Assembly: GCF_018977255.1 (NCBI RefSeq)
Contig: NW_024704742.1
Location: 81,594,001-81,658,000 of the forward strand
DNA length: 64,000 nucleotides
Source: Callorhinchus milii
Taxonomy: Eukaryota
Reading direction: 5' to 3'
Shown here one piece after another: positions 62,303 to 64,000 of the stretch. A model generated the notes under the pieces. It saw only the letters and a list, made by a program, of their open reading frames with translations, was not told the DNA's origin and made no database searches. A program made the position numbers and the translations under genes. Positions within the stretch are counted from its first letter, which is position 1; every line of letters starts with the position of its first letter.

Positions 62303-64000
62303 GTAACCATGTTGTACAAAGCAATATCCCTCCAGTTTTTTTTATGACAGAAATAGATGCATAGGTGGAAAGATGTGTAAAATTGCTCAGAGGCTCATCA
62401 AGTTCACTGTTTGGAAAAATCCCCTTCCAATCCATCTCTTTCACAATATTAGCCTGTGGTGAACCCACCTCCTGTGGCTGTGATCAAGAATTTACAGTAT
62501 GGAATAATGATCATAACTTTGTGTCCTGCTAGATTTTATACTTGATACCTTAGCACATCATTGAAATATCTCAAGGCACTTTGCTGTAAAGTGTAGTGAC
62601 TGTATACTTGTTGATGAATGAAGCGGCCAATTTGCACACAGCAATGTCCAGCAAACAGTCACAAAGTCAATGATCAATTCTGTCTATGGTATTGTTAGCC
62701 AGTTTACCAGGAGAAACTCCCTCTATTAACTGAGCGCGGAATCAATTAAAACCAGGCAAGAGCACTTGAGACTGAAAATGGCTGAAAATTTGTTCTACAG
62801 AGAAATCTTCTGGACTTGAAAATAATGTACTCCACCTTGCTGAAATTGCAATAACTTGGAATAAATTCCCTCTCAAAATGATATTTTGTTGAAGAAAAGA
62901 TCATAGGACCTTTTCCGACTTCAAATAATAATTACGTATTCTCTTTGGAAATGACGGCTCTTTATGGCAACTTACAGCTGCCCTGAAGCACTTAGCAATG
63001 AAGCCATCGATTGACTCGCACAATGTTTGTGAATATTGCTTAAAACATTTTAGCATCAAAAATCCAGTACACACAAACTGTATTCTTACAGTTTATGGTA
63101 GGATACAAATGCTAATGGTAGAAGTGCTTAAGGAGAAATGTCCTCTTCCTTGAGAAAAAAAAAATTACTCAAATGGGAAGCATATAATCTTTCTCCTCAA
63201 GCTGCCATTCTTCGCGAGGACAGACAATGAGTTTCAGTCAACAAACTAATTGATAAATGATGGGTGGTGTGGGGTGGGGGAGAAACAGCTGAATCTAATC
63301 CTGGTTTTAACCAATTTCCACACAGATTTTCCATTCAGGAATCAATGGTTTTCAATGAGGAATGAGAATCCTGGCTATGGTTTGTGCTGTTGGAGGGTAC
63401 TTGAGAACAACAACAAACATTTATATCCACTTCACAAAATAATTTGTGAAGCACTTTGAGACATTTTGATGACAGGATAAGGCGATATATCAAATGCAAG
63501 TATTATTATTTTAGCACTCTTCACGTGAGTAGTTTCTTGGGACGCTTACCCTGGGTGCCTTTGCTCTCGGCGGAGCTGGGCTGTGAGATATATTCATTAT
63601 TAAGACATCAGCTGTTCTCTTTCATTCCAGAAATGTACAGAAGGGAAGAAAGGAAGCTCTCCATTATACCCAAGCAATAGTTCAGTTAGTAAATGCACTG
63701 GAACTGAAACATACACATCAGAAGAGGTGTACAGGTTTATGTTAGGAGGGACATGGTGTGAGTGAAGGGGTGGGTGTTGGGGTGAGGGAGAGAGGTAAAG
63801 TGAATGAGGGAGGGAAGGTGAAGTGAGTGAATGGGGAAGGGCAAAGGAGTTTCTCCCAGTAGCAAACCAAACTATGGGCCAAGTGGCCTTTAATTTTTGC
63901 TCCCTCCTGTCTTTGCATCGATGTACACCAGAAAGGTCTTGAGTTCTATCTTGGTCTGTGATGACTTAGCTGATCCAAGCTGGGTGAGACTGCTAAATTA

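Overview
Vertebrate genomic DNA, most likely a cartilaginous fish of chimaera/elephant-shark type (inferred from the repeat repertoire, not proven). It reads as a large intron or intergenic tract densely filled with retroelements. These include L2-clade LINE fragments of several ages (one with an uninterrupted RT frame), CR1 LINE fragments, a tRNA-Ala-headed SINE with an L2-type 3' tail, older Deu-domain SINEs, Penelope-like element remnants with GIY-YIG and hammerhead-ribozyme motifs, a hAT MITE, an LTR-like segment, and an unclassified A-tailed retroposon family. No host gene is recognisable, but a few + strand candidate exons are phase-compatible (1070-1345, 31583-31750). Most ORFs in the track are repeat shadows or noise. 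The best leads are a G-U-biased 32-bp hairpin at about 21.0 kb, an intact minimal hammerhead at about 13.0 kb, the unclassified retroposon, and a SINE subfamily whose tail loop matches the youngest L2. I found no convincing evidence for a novel multi-gene system. Repeat boundaries were set by eye and are approximate (tens of bp).
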